This document shows, in pieces, positions 29,054 to 37,631 of a DNA stretch of 64,000 nt. The translations under genes and the position numbers were made by a program. The stretch is from an uncultured Candidatus Saccharibacteria bacterium (GTDB lineage Bacteria > Patescibacteriota > WWE3 > UBA101185 > UBA10185). The notes under the pieces are model-generated. The model had not been told where the DNA came from. It worked only from the letters and a program-made list of their open reading frames with translations, and searched no databases. The stretch lies in contig CAZXUJ010000004.1 in NCBI GenBank assembly GCA_964643995.1, forward strand, positions 8,606 through 72,605, in the 5' to 3' direction. Numbering within the stretch: the first letter of the stretch is position 1; each line of letters begins with the position of its first letter.

Positions 29054-29959
29054 ATGTACCAAGAAAAGGCTAGTTTCTTAGATAAGTTAATAAACACTCT
29101 TTTATCCCCTTTTGACAGATTTATTTTCAAATCAAAGCATAATATTGGTGATGATAGTTACATGCAGATTTTGAATGGTGGAAAAGATATAACTAAACTT
29201 AGTGAAAAGTGGCTTAAATACTACTATTTACATATCCACTCAAAGCTATATGAAATTATGTGTGGCGTTTATGATGGTTATGATAACCAGCCAGATTATG
29301 TATTTGTCTCAGTAGATACTGAACTAGATGACTTATACCAAGAATTGTGGAATACATGGAGAGTAATTGATAGATACCCCTTTATTGACGCATTAAAACT
29401 TGGTCAATATAACTATTTCAAATCTCTAAATTATGACACTTCATATAGGGTTAAAATGTGGCGAGGAGTTAAAAAGGGATTTGTTGGAGATATTGAAAGT
29501 ATTGGAAAGGAATTATCACTAGAACCCCTACCAAATGACTTGAAACTAGCCTTTACAAAGATTGATAAACTGCTTTTAGAACATATAACCAAAAAGAATT
29601 TAGTACTTTTTGGCAACATCATAAAACACAAAAAAGTTACCCTAAACAAAGACCAAAATACAATAACAATTGAGGGTAGGAAGCCAATAAATATAACATC
29701 AAATGAGTTAAGGCTACTTAGGCTTATGCTAGAAAGTATTGATAGCACAGTTACATATAAACAAATAGCCGAAACCCTTAATATAACCGCATATTTTGGT
29801 AAAGTTGATAAAGCCTTAAAAGATAATATTCAACAAATCAAAAGGGATATTTTTGAGACACTGGTTTCCAATAATGTAGACAAAGCAACTGCAAATGAGA
29901 TAAGAGACTACTTAGAACCAGTAAGAAATACAGGCTATATAGTGCGCAGTAACAACTAA
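29054..29959 (+). CDS. Regulator with unknown N-domain and C-terminal OmpR/PhoB-type winged helix
   Basis: ITSNELRLLRLMLESIDSTVTYKQIA...IQQIKRDI...EPVRNTGYIV; ATG 29054 preferred over 28982. Confidence 0.65.
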   Translation: MYQEKASFLDKLINTLLSPFDRFIFKSKHNIGDDSYMQILNGGKDITKLSEKWLKYYYLHIHSKLYEIMCGVYDGYDNQPDYVFVSVDTELDDLYQELWNTWRVIDRYPFIDALKLGQYNYFKSLNYDTSYRVKMWRGVKKGFVGDIESIGKELSLEPLPNDLKLAFTKIDKLLLEHITKKNLVLFGNIIKHKKVTLNKDQNTITIEGRKPINITSNELRLLRLMLESIDSTVTYKQIAETLNITAYFGKVDKALKDNIQQIKRDIFETLVSNNVDKATANEIRDYLEPVRNTGYIVRSNN

Positions 29960-29963
29960 ACAC

Positions 29964-29998
29964 AAATTTCCCCATAAAATTCCCCATCATTTTCACAT
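29964..29998 (+). repeat. Three tandem ~12 bp direct repeats
   Basis: AAATTTCCCCAT / AAAATTCCCCAT / CATTTTCACAT. Confidence 0.7.
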
Positions 29999-30032
29999 GT
30001 AAATAACTTGCTAAAAACCCTATTGTCAGCCC

Positions 30033-30218
30033 ATGCAGGAAGCAAGTGGGCAGAAACTCAAGCCAAAAAAAGAACAACTAAACAAAATCAAAGAAGTCTT
30101 TAATCAAGATTACAACTTAAATCTTTCTGATAAAGAAGTTTTGGATTGCTATATCTCATTTTTCTACTTAGGCAGGGCAATTTTTAACTTCAACTTACAG
30201 AAAGGCAGTGCTATATGA
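30033..30218 (+). CDS. Small hypothetical protein, first gene of rep-int operon
   Basis: 61 aa, ATGA overlap with rep ORF. Confidence 0.6.
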   Translation: MQEASGQKLKPKKEQLNKIKEVFNQDYNLNLSDKEVLDCYISFFYLGRAIFNFNLQKGSAI

Positions 30219-31144
30219 AAAATGTGGTTAATCCCCATGGTCGCCAAAACGGCGGTAGCCGTGGCGACCATATTAAACTAGATAATACCGTTTTTTATGA
30301 CCGCAAAAAATTAAGGGGTGAAAAAGTGCTTCATAATGGCAAAACTTATGAAGTAAGTAGACTCAAAGTAATAAAATCCAAAGACACAATAGAAGTGTAT
30401 GACTATGAAAAGCCCGTTATCCTAAACCAGCCACATTTTAAGACCAAATTAGACAAGCCCTTGGATGAACTACCCCCTGAACTTAGGGCAAAGATTGAAA
30501 AGGAAAAGCAAAGCAGAAAAGCTGAATACAAAAAGCGAAGTGCAATAAACGCTATCAATAACATAAGGCGACTTGTTGATTGTAACTTTAACAGCAAAAG
30601 CAAATTTGTAACCCTAACTTTTGCAGATACAAACAAAATTGATATCAGGGATATTAAACAAACTCATGGGGTTTTTAAGCGATTTATTCAACGCCTTAAA
30701 ACATATTTTCCTAAACTTAAATATGTCGCGATTCCAGAGTTTCAAGACAAAAAGCAAAGGGGTGCAATTCATTACCACATGATTAGTAATCTTTTATATA
30801 CTCCAAATGAGACATTAGCCAAAATCTGGCGATATGGTTTTGTAAACATTAAATCCATTGAACATGTATCAAATATTGGTGCATATTTAGCAAAGTATCT
30901 CGCTAAAGATATTGATGATAATCGCTTTGGTAGTGCTAAAAAAGTATTAAGAAGTAAGTATCTTGAACACCCACAAGTGGAATACAGTAAAAACGCTTTA
31001 AAGATAATTAACAAATATAACTTAAGAAATCGCCAGCCAATTTATGTTAAAAAGTACAAAAGTGAAATGCATGGTGGTAATATATCCATAAGTTTGTTTG
31101 ATTTAAAAAACCCTATCCTGCCCACTAAGGATAGTAATGACTGA
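30215..31144 (+). CDS. Rolling-circle replication initiator (HUH endonuclease)
   Basis: Motif I FVTLTF, motif II EFQ...RGAIHYHMI, W.YGFV, motif III YLAKYLAK; true start uncertain. Confidence 0.85.
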   Translation: MKNVVNPHGRQNGGSRGDHIKLDNTVFYDRKKLRGEKVLHNGKTYEVSRLKVIKSKDTIEVYDYEKPVILNQPHFKTKLDKPLDELPPELRAKIEKEKQSRKAEYKKRSAINAINNIRRLVDCNFNSKSKFVTLTFADTNKIDIRDIKQTHGVFKRFIQRLKTYFPKLKYVAIPEFQDKKQRGAIHYHMISNLLYTPNETLAKIWRYGFVNIKSIEHVSNIGAYLAKYLAKDIDDNRFGSAKKVLRSKYLEHPQVEYSKNALKIINKYNLRNRQPIYVKKYKSEMHGGNISISLFDLKNPILPTKDSND

Positions 31145-32666
31145 AAATAATCAACTTAAATATTTTATTTATACTAGAAAATCCTCTGATGAAGGCAATA
31201 AGCAAGTTCAATCTTTAGAGACTCAAGAAAGGCTTTGTTTTGAACTGGCTAAAAATAATAACTTAACTGTTGTTGATATTCTTAAAGAGTCAAAATCTGC
31301 TATGGATGATGGTAATAGACCAACTTTTGATTTGTTAATTTCAAGAATTAAATCAGGCGAAGCGGATGCATTAATTGTTGTTGATATTGATAGACTAGCA
31401 AGAAATCTTGTTGAAGCAGGATTTTTATACAAGTTAATGGAAACAGGGTTTATCAAAGAAATTAGAACTCTTAGCAAGAATTTTAATGCTGTATCAGACT
31501 TGTTTTACATGGGATTTGAGTTTTTGAGGGCAACACAATATTCAAGGGATTTATCAGTTAAAGTTAAGCGTGGTGTTCAAACTAAACTCTTAAATGGGGA
31601 ATATCCAAGTTATGCCCCTATTGGTTATGTAAATATTGATAGAAAGATTTATCCCGACCCTATCAGAAGTGTGTATATCAAAAAGGCTTATGAACTATAC
31701 GCCACAAATACTTATTCAGAAAAAGCACTTGCTAATATTCTTTTTGAAGATGGCTTTAGAACGCGTGTAGGAAATATAAAAGTTGTTAAGGCAGTAATTC
31801 ATAGAATATTAACTGACCCTGTATATCGTGGAGATATTAAACGCAGTGGAGTGATTTATGAGGGTATACATGAGGGAATTGTTAGCCGAGAACTGTTTGA
31901 ACGAGTACAAGCTGTTTTAAAGGGCAAGAATAGGGCTAAAAAGCGTACACATGACTTTTTGTATAGGGGTTATCTAACATGTGCTGTCTGTGGTTGTAAT
32001 ATTACTGCTACTCAAAAGGGAGATAAATACAAATATTATTACTGTACCAATGGCAAAGGACTGTGTAGTGAACACAAAGACTACTTAGATGAAACTGATA
32101 TACAAGACTTAGTAGCATCGTCTTTTACTGGCATTATCAAAGATAAAAAACTAGCTGATTTATCTTTAGAAACTTATGGCAAAGAACTGTTAGAACAAGG
32201 AGGAAACCAAATAACCATAAAACAAAACTTAGAAAGCCAACTTAAAAACATTGAAAACAAGCTTTCTAACTTACTAGACGCATTTATTGATAATTCCATT
32301 GATAAAACTACATATAACAACAAACAAAACACATTAAAGTCAGAAAAATTGCTTATCCAAGAACAACTCGCCAAGCTTCCAAAAGAAACCCCACAAACAA
32401 CTTTGGAAAAACTGAAAACCCTTAAAGAATACTGTTATGACTTGCCAAACATGTTTATTGAGGGTGAAGAACCAGTTAAATCTGATTTATTGAAATCTGT
32501 ACTTTGGAAAATATCTATTCAAAACAAACAAATAGCGTCAGTACAATATAATTTGCCCTATCAAAGACTGGCAGAAGCCTCTAAAAGTGGTGATTTTGAC
32601 AACTGGCGGAGAGGGAGGGATTCGAACCCTCGTGCGAGTTACCCCGCGCATAGTTTTCGAGACTAG
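31137..32666 (+). CDS. Large serine recombinase (resolvase + recombinase + Zn-ribbon)
   Basis: YTRKSS (catalytic Ser), DRLARN, PIGY, HEGIVS.ELFE.VQ, LTCAVCG, YYYC; 3' end overlaps tRNA antisense. Confidence 0.95.
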   Translation: MTENNQLKYFIYTRKSSDEGNKQVQSLETQERLCFELAKNNNLTVVDILKESKSAMDDGNRPTFDLLISRIKSGEADALIVVDIDRLARNLVEAGFLYKLMETGFIKEIRTLSKNFNAVSDLFYMGFEFLRATQYSRDLSVKVKRGVQTKLLNGEYPSYAPIGYVNIDRKIYPDPIRSVYIKKAYELYATNTYSEKALANILFEDGFRTRVGNIKVVKAVIHRILTDPVYRGDIKRSGVIYEGIHEGIVSRELFERVQAVLKGKNRAKKRTHDFLYRGYLTCAVCGCNITATQKGDKYKYYYCTNGKGLCSEHKDYLDETDIQDLVASSFTGIIKDKKLADLSLETYGKELLEQGGNQITIKQNLESQLKNIENKLSNLLDAFIDNSIDKTTYNNKQNTLKSEKLLIQEQLAKLPKETPQTTLEKLKTLKEYCYDLPNMFIEGEEPVKSDLLKSVLWKISIQNKQIASVQYNLPYQRLAEASKSGDFDNWRRGRDSNPRASYPAHSFRD

Positions 32667-32693
32667 CCAATTAGACCACTCTTGCACCTCTCC
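32604..32693 (-). tRNA. tRNA-Ser(CGA)
   Basis: Reverse complement GGAGAGGTGCAAGAGTGGTCTAATTGGCTAGTCTCGAAAACTA-long variable arm-GAGGGTTCGAATCCCTCCCTCTCCGCCA; anticodon CGA, encoded CCA. Confidence 0.95.
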
Positions 32694-32725
32694 AGTTGGC
32701 AAACAGATTAAATCACCAAAAGTAC

Positions 32726-34429
32726 TTAATGGGAAGCTTTGATCGGGTGTAATTGTCCCAACGACAACCTATTCCTAAGGTACCTAATGTGTTTTGCACG
32801 TTCTAGAGAGAATTTTTCTGTGTCTTCGCCGTATTCTTTTGCAAATTCTGAGACTAGCTTTCCCCCAATGAGTTGTGGTAGGAGCACATATGACGCTCCA
32901 GCATCATACAGTGCCAGTGCATCATGTATTCTAAATGAAACTACAACAACAATAGAATCTTTGTTTATGCTTCTTACTTTGGTTAAAATTCCTAGGTTAG
33001 TTTCGTGGTCAGGGATTGTCGAATAAATCATTTTTGCTTCCCCAATGTTTATGTCATCCAAAAAGTTTACGTCTTCTGCATTCCCATAAACAACCTCTAA
33101 GCCCTGTCCTTTAAGCTTTGAAATTAAGCGAGGATCAAAATCTACAATTAAAAATTTTTCCTTCAGTTCTCGATAGTGTTCCAGGAAATCAAATGAACTT
33201 CTACTGCAACCAAACAGTATAACCTCATATGATCCAAGAAAAGCAAGTTCTTGTACAGCATTTTTTCTTTCCAAAAAGCTGATAAATCTTTCCATTTTTG
33301 ACCAAAGCGCATCTGCGCCCATTATTAGGTATGTTGACCCGGCTATGGTAATCAATCCCACAATCGTAATCATTGACACCACCGCACTATCTATGTGTCC
33401 CATTTCAAGACCTACTAAAATAAGAATTAACGAAAACTCGCTTATCTGTGCAACAGTCAGTCCCGACATGAATCCGGTTTTACTGTTGTACCCCAACGCC
33501 CCCATCAGAATAAAAACTATAAATGGGTTTCCAAACAGTACAAAGATAGAGAATATACCTGCGTGAGTCAGAATTGAGCTAAAATTGTCAAAAGTCATTT
33601 CAGAGCCGAGCAAAACAAAGAACATTATTATAAAAAACTCACGTAATGGTTTGAGCTTTGATTCTACATCTTTACCGTATGGGGAGACTGATAACGTTAC
33701 ACCTGCAACTAAAGCACCTATCTCAATAGAAAACCCAACATAGTGAAACAACCACGCCAAACCAAGCCCCCAGCCGATCGTGAATAAGAAAAGAAATTCT
33801 TGCGAACTTGCAAAAAAATCCTCAAGTTTCGGTAGTATATACTTACTTATTGCCCCAAAGATAAGCACCAATACAATTCCTTTTGCCAGCGTAACTAATA
33901 GAGTCAGGGCCAAAGTGTCGCTTTCTGCTAGAGAAGTTACCACAATCAAAATACCCATTGCGATCAAATCTTGCACTACCAAAAACCCTATTGAGATTCG
34001 GCCATAAAGTTTGTGTATATCTCGTTTCTCAGTCAAAAGTGTCAAAATAATGATGGTGCTACTGAAAGTTAGTGCTACTGCAATATACAAAGAACTGACA
34101 ACAGAATAATCCATGAAACGTGCAATAATGAAACCAAACAAGCTAGTGAAGAGTACCTGACCAATACCGGTTAGCAATGAGATTTTTCCGACTTCGCGTA
34201 TAACTACTGGACTCAATCCAATTCCAACTATGTATAAGAGAATAGCAATTCCAATTTTGGCGAAAGCCTCTATAGCCTCGTGCGCATGTGTAATATTAAA
34301 AAATTGTGGGCCTACCAAAAGTCCTGTGATAATATGCCCGAGTATTAAAGGTTGCTTGAGAAGACGCATTACACTTGCTGCAAGTGTCGCGATTACGATT
34401 ATTAAACTAATTTCAACAAATATTTCCAT
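32726..34429 (-). CDS. Kef-type cation:proton antiporter (CPA2 + TrkA-N)
   Basis: LKQPLILGHI.TGLLVGP, FSSTIII, VVQD, AQISEFSLI, VVYGNAED. Confidence 0.9.
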   Translation of the reverse strand: MEIFVEISLIIVIATLAASVMRLLKQPLILGHIITGLLVGPQFFNITHAHEAIEAFAKIGIAILLYIVGIGLSPVVIREVGKISLLTGIGQVLFTSLFGFIIARFMDYSVVSSLYIAVALTFSSTIIILTLLTEKRDIHKLYGRISIGFLVVQDLIAMGILIVVTSLAESDTLALTLLVTLAKGIVLVLIFGAISKYILPKLEDFFASSQEFLFLFTIGWGLGLAWLFHYVGFSIEIGALVAGVTLSVSPYGKDVESKLKPLREFFIIMFFVLLGSEMTFDNFSSILTHAGIFSIFVLFGNPFIVFILMGALGYNSKTGFMSGLTVAQISEFSLILILVGLEMGHIDSAVVSMITIVGLITIAGSTYLIMGADALWSKMERFISFLERKNAVQELAFLGSYEVILFGCSRSSFDFLEHYRELKEKFLIVDFDPRLISKLKGQGLEVVYGNAEDVNFLDDINIGEAKMIYSTIPDHETNLGILTKVRSINKDSIVVVVSFRIHDALALYDAGASYVLLPQLIGGKLVSEFAKEYGEDTEKFSLERAKHIRYLRNRLSLGQLHPIKASH

Positions 34430-34543
34430 TGGGCAGACAGCAATCTATATATAAGTCTAGCAGTTTAAATTGATTTTGTTTATACAAAGGTATATTTTAT
34501 AGGGGATTGAACATCTGAGCATGCACAAAAAGGAGAGTGCACA

Positions 34544-34858
34544 ATGTATGCTTCCCATATCTTTTGGTTTTTTGTTGCAGTTGGTGGTATTGCTCTTTCG
34601 GTAAATAAACTGAAGTCACCTGTCGAGGTAAAGGTCATAATAGGCTGTATTGTAGCCTTATTTGGTCTGACAGCGGCGGATACCATCCTAAGTCATTTCA
34701 CCGTGGGGCACTTTATGTCACTCAATGGAATTGCCATTGCAGTAGGCGTTCTATGGATTTTTCGTAAGATTGGTCTGGCTTTTGCCGGGTGGTATATAGT
34801 TGCGCGTATTGCAGTTTTTTTAGTACTACTGGCATTGACTTGGGGTTTTGTATTTTGA
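34544..34858 (+). CDS. Small orphan membrane protein
   Basis: 104 aa, ~4 TMs, AAGGAGAG SD. Confidence 0.65.
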   Translation: MYASHIFWFFVAVGGIALSVNKLKSPVEVKVIIGCIVALFGLTAADTILSHFTVGHFMSLNGIAIAVGVLWIFRKIGLAFAGWYIVARIAVFLVLLALTWGFVF

Positions 34859-34886
34859 AATCTTTTTGTTGGTGCCAAAAAAAGTT

Positions 34887-34935
34887 TGAGGGCGAAACAT
34901 TAAATCTAAATAAAAGATAGAATGTTTCACCCTCA
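34887..34935 (-). terminator. Intrinsic terminator between convergent orphan genes
   Basis: TGAGGGCGAAACATT...AATGTTTCACCCTCA 15 bp stem, T-run follows on minus strand. Confidence 0.7.
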
Positions 34936-34955
34936 CTAGGTGTCAGGAAAATTCG

Positions 34956-35594
34956 TTATGCGTATTGTTCAGTCAGACGACCGTTACCTGCATTGCGCAT
35001 AAATAATCCCCAGACGATGTTTAACAGAACCAGCACTATTGCGGCGGCCATGGCGGAGGTTGGAATCAGTTCAGGCAACCCAAAGGGTGGTTGCAGGCTG
35101 ATCTGGCTCTGGGCATTGGGATTAAACCCATGTTCGCCAAAAAGCGCTTTGATAGCCGCTATGCCCGTTACTAGGACCAGTTTTCCCCCTGGGTCGTTGA
35201 CCCAGAAACATGGGGGTAAATGGCTTTTCCAGCGGGCGGGGCCAGTATACCCAATGCTAAAAAACGTCTGATCCGCTGGTGACAGTGAGAATACCGGGCA
35301 AACTTTGTATGATACAGCCATGCTCGTGGCTTGCCATGCCAGTTCGTGGTTACCCATGGTGTCATAACGGAATTGAATTTGTTCTGCTACCACTACACCG
35401 GTAGTGGTCCAGACTGAGATACTGCCCCACGGCTTCTCAAACAGCAGAGTGCCTGGGGGGAGGGCCGTATAGACCCGGTTGGTTTCGCCCTTAAAAGCGA
35501 TTTTGTACCAGGAGAAACCGGTTGTCGCCACCAACAGTATTACGTACAGGATCAAATTCAATTTGATCCAAAAGCCGATACCTCTCTTAAACAT
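34956..35594 (-). CDS. Orphan membrane protein (TM at both ends)
   Basis: 212 aa, GGAGG SD, promoter TTGCTA-17-TACACT upstream, visibly higher GC. Confidence 0.65.
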   Translation of the reverse strand: MFKRGIGFWIKLNLILYVILLVATTGFSWYKIAFKGETNRVYTALPPGTLLFEKPWGSISVWTTTGVVVAEQIQFRYDTMGNHELAWQATSMAVSYKVCPVFSLSPADQTFFSIGYTGPARWKSHLPPCFWVNDPGGKLVLVTGIAAIKALFGEHGFNPNAQSQISLQPPFGLPELIPTSAMAAAIVLVLLNIVWGLFMRNAGNGRLTEQYA

Positions 35595-35813
35595 TGTATT
35601 ACCTCCGAAAATATTGTTGTTCCACGAAATCCGTGTAACCCTATAGTGTACAGCCTGTTTGCCAAATTAGCAACCACATAGGTCCTCAAAAAGCTGTCAT
35701 GAAAGGTTCCTTGCCTTGTATTTGTTTATTGATATCTTGAGGTAAATGGGTAGGTTGTGTAGTGTTATCACTTGAATGAAATTTGATTTAAATCTCAACC
35801 ACAACCCGTTGTT

Positions 35814-35993
35814 TTAGCTTTTTGCCTGTGTTTGGTTAACATGATTAGGGCAGTCCCCAAGGGTAACTTGCCACATTTTGCATGATCCGCACACAGGTGT
35901 TTTGCATTTACTACATCTGTTCAGAAGCTCTCCTCTGAATGTTCGACTACAATGGCCACACATGTGGCCGGAGCTGGTACTCTTTTTCGCCAT
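35814..35993 (-). CDS. Zn-finger microprotein 1 (59 aa)
   Basis: Start after AAGGAGG SD; CGHC-x11-CSKC-x4-CGSC-x9-CPNH. Confidence 0.75.
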   Translation of the reverse strand: MAKKSTSSGHMCGHCSRTFRGELLNRCSKCKTPVCGSCKMWQVTLGDCPNHVNQTQAKS

Positions 35994-36154
35994 TGCTGGC
36001 CTCCTTTTATAAACTCTAACGGATAAGATAATCTCGGGTGATTCTATATTAAATAGTAGTTTTTGCAAAATTTTGAAAAGGTGTTGCGTGATCTATACAG
36101 ATCTAAATGAGAAAAAATAATTTGTTCTCAACCGCAACTAAACTTGTCTAAAAA

Positions 36155-36331
36155 TTATCCGTTGGGGCAAATTCCCAGAAGACTGGCCGCTTTGCACACT
36201 CCGCACACCACTTGGCCACACTTACGACAAGAATTACTTCCTCTAACGCCTTTGCCGCAGTGGCCGCATGTTTCAGAGCTTTCTTGTGACCTGCGTCGCC
36301 GCATCCATCTGGGTTGATTCATGTACAACAT
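36155..36331 (-). CDS. Zn-finger microprotein 2 (58 aa), paralog of 35814-35993
   Basis: Not in ORF track: MLYMNQPRWMRRRRSQESSETCGHCGKGVRGSNSCRKCGQVVCGVCKAASLLGICPNG; GGAGG SD. Confidence 0.75.
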   Translation of the reverse strand: MLYMNQPRWMRRRRSQESSETCGHCGKGVRGSNSCRKCGQVVCGVCKAASLLGICPNG

Positions 36332-36413
36332 TGTTGACCTCCAAAAAAGTGATTTGTGAGTAAAACAACACTATTCTAGTACTTTTTATTGATTTTGCAA
36401 GTTTACAAGTTGT

Positions 36414-37364
36414 TTAGGGTTTTTCAACCTCACTCTTACCCAACATCCCCGCCAAAGCTCCGGTACCTTTTACCACGTTTGCTGAGTTTTTCGCAGACCA
36501 GTCCATGGCTACTTCAAGAGTTTTCCCATAGTTCAGTGCTGATACAAATGTTGTGGCGTAGGTGTCTCCAGCACCGGTTTTGTTTACGATTTTGTCCACA
36601 GTTAGGGCCGGTTTTACTACAACTTTGGAACCATCGTATGCGCTTGCGCCTTTAGCACCATCTGTGATTACAGTTAGTTTGGCGCCAAGTTTATGTAAGC
36701 CTTCATGTAGCAAGCGCCCTTCAACATCATCTTTTATTTCCAAGATTTTCTTAGCTTCTTCTTTGTTTACAAATAAAACATCTACTATTTGCAAGAACTC
36801 TTTAACTTTGTTTAGATTTGTAAGTTGTATCGAGCCAGGGTTATATGCGACACCTATATCATCAGAGGCTTTTATGTATTTAACTAGATTATTTTGAAAT
36901 TCTTCGTATCCATGGGCTAAAGAAGTGTAGTAAATCCATTTAGGCTTTTCTGCTCCTTTGAGGTGTTCAAAATCCAGATGGTATTTTCGAGGTTCGTGAT
37001 AAGAAAAGATCGTTCTTTCTCCAGCATGCAAAATTATTGTATGCACGTTTGTATTTGTGTTTTTTGCTTGTCTACATAGTTTTGTATCAATTCCTTCGGT
37101 TTTGAATGTTTTTATAAATTTATCTCCATAGTCATCGTCTCCTAGTTCTGTGTAAATTCCTACTTTTAGTCCAAGACGTGCAGCTCCTACTCCAACATGA
37201 CAAGAGTTTCCAGCGAGATTTGCATAGAATTTATCAACCACAATTTTGCTTCCATGTAGAAAGCATATTCTTTGTTCTTGGGTGCTTGGGTCGTTTAAAA
37301 CCGCAGAATCTTCAATATCCATGTATTGATCTACTGAGCAGTCACCGATTACTAATAAATCCAT
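36414..37364 (-). CDS. PfkB-family carbohydrate kinase
   Basis: AGNSCHVGVGAARLG, GDDDYG, FVNKEEA, ITDGAKGA, NKTGAGDTY. Confidence 0.92.
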   Translation of the reverse strand: MDLLVIGDCSVDQYMDIEDSAVLNDPSTQEQRICFLHGSKIVVDKFYANLAGNSCHVGVGAARLGLKVGIYTELGDDDYGDKFIKTFKTEGIDTKLCRQAKNTNTNVHTIILHAGERTIFSYHEPRKYHLDFEHLKGAEKPKWIYYTSLAHGYEEFQNNLVKYIKASDDIGVAYNPGSIQLTNLNKVKEFLQIVDVLFVNKEEAKKILEIKDDVEGRLLHEGLHKLGAKLTVITDGAKGASAYDGSKVVVKPALTVDKIVNKTGAGDTYATTFVSALNYGKTLEVAMDWSAKNSANVVKGTGALAGMLGKSEVEKP

Positions 37365-37366
37365 AT

Positions 37367-37624
37367 TTAAAAAGGTTGTATGTAAGTACTTTCGAGCAAA
37401 GGATCCAGAAACATAGCCACTATAACTATTTTAGACATTGTATAGGTTACTGTTCCTACCAACATAGACAGCATGACTTTGGTCGACGGTTGTACGTGTT
37501 TAAAAACGCGATGCATGGCAAAGTAGGTGCCTGCAACGATAAATGTGATTGTGAAAAATTCTATTATTGTCACGAGCGGGGAGTTTACAAGAACTTGTAT
37601 GAGTTTTGCGTCAAATATTTCCAT
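37367..37624 (-). CDS. Small membrane protein
   Basis: 85 aa hydrophobic ORF filling the gap between tkt and pfkB. Confidence 0.55.
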   Translation of the reverse strand: MEIFDAKLIQVLVNSPLVTIIEFFTITFIVAGTYFAMHRVFKHVQPSTKVMLSMLVGTVTYTMSKIVIVAMFLDPLLESTYIQPF

Positions 37625-37631
37625 GAAACAA

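Larger units (their letters stand above)
28413..32611. mobile_element. 4.2 kb element integrated at the 3' end of tRNA-Ser (large serine recombinase + HUH Rep + wHTH regulator)
   Basis: Bounded by direct repeat TGGCGGAG at 28413-28420 and 32604-32611 (tRNA 3' end); contains recombinase and Rep genes. Confidence 0.8.

Noticed and set aside
35753-36138. Hairpins after orphan genes as integron attC sites
   Set aside because: Arms run GTT...AAC rather than RYYYAAC...GTTRRRY, no integron integrase in the window, and the genes have their own promoters
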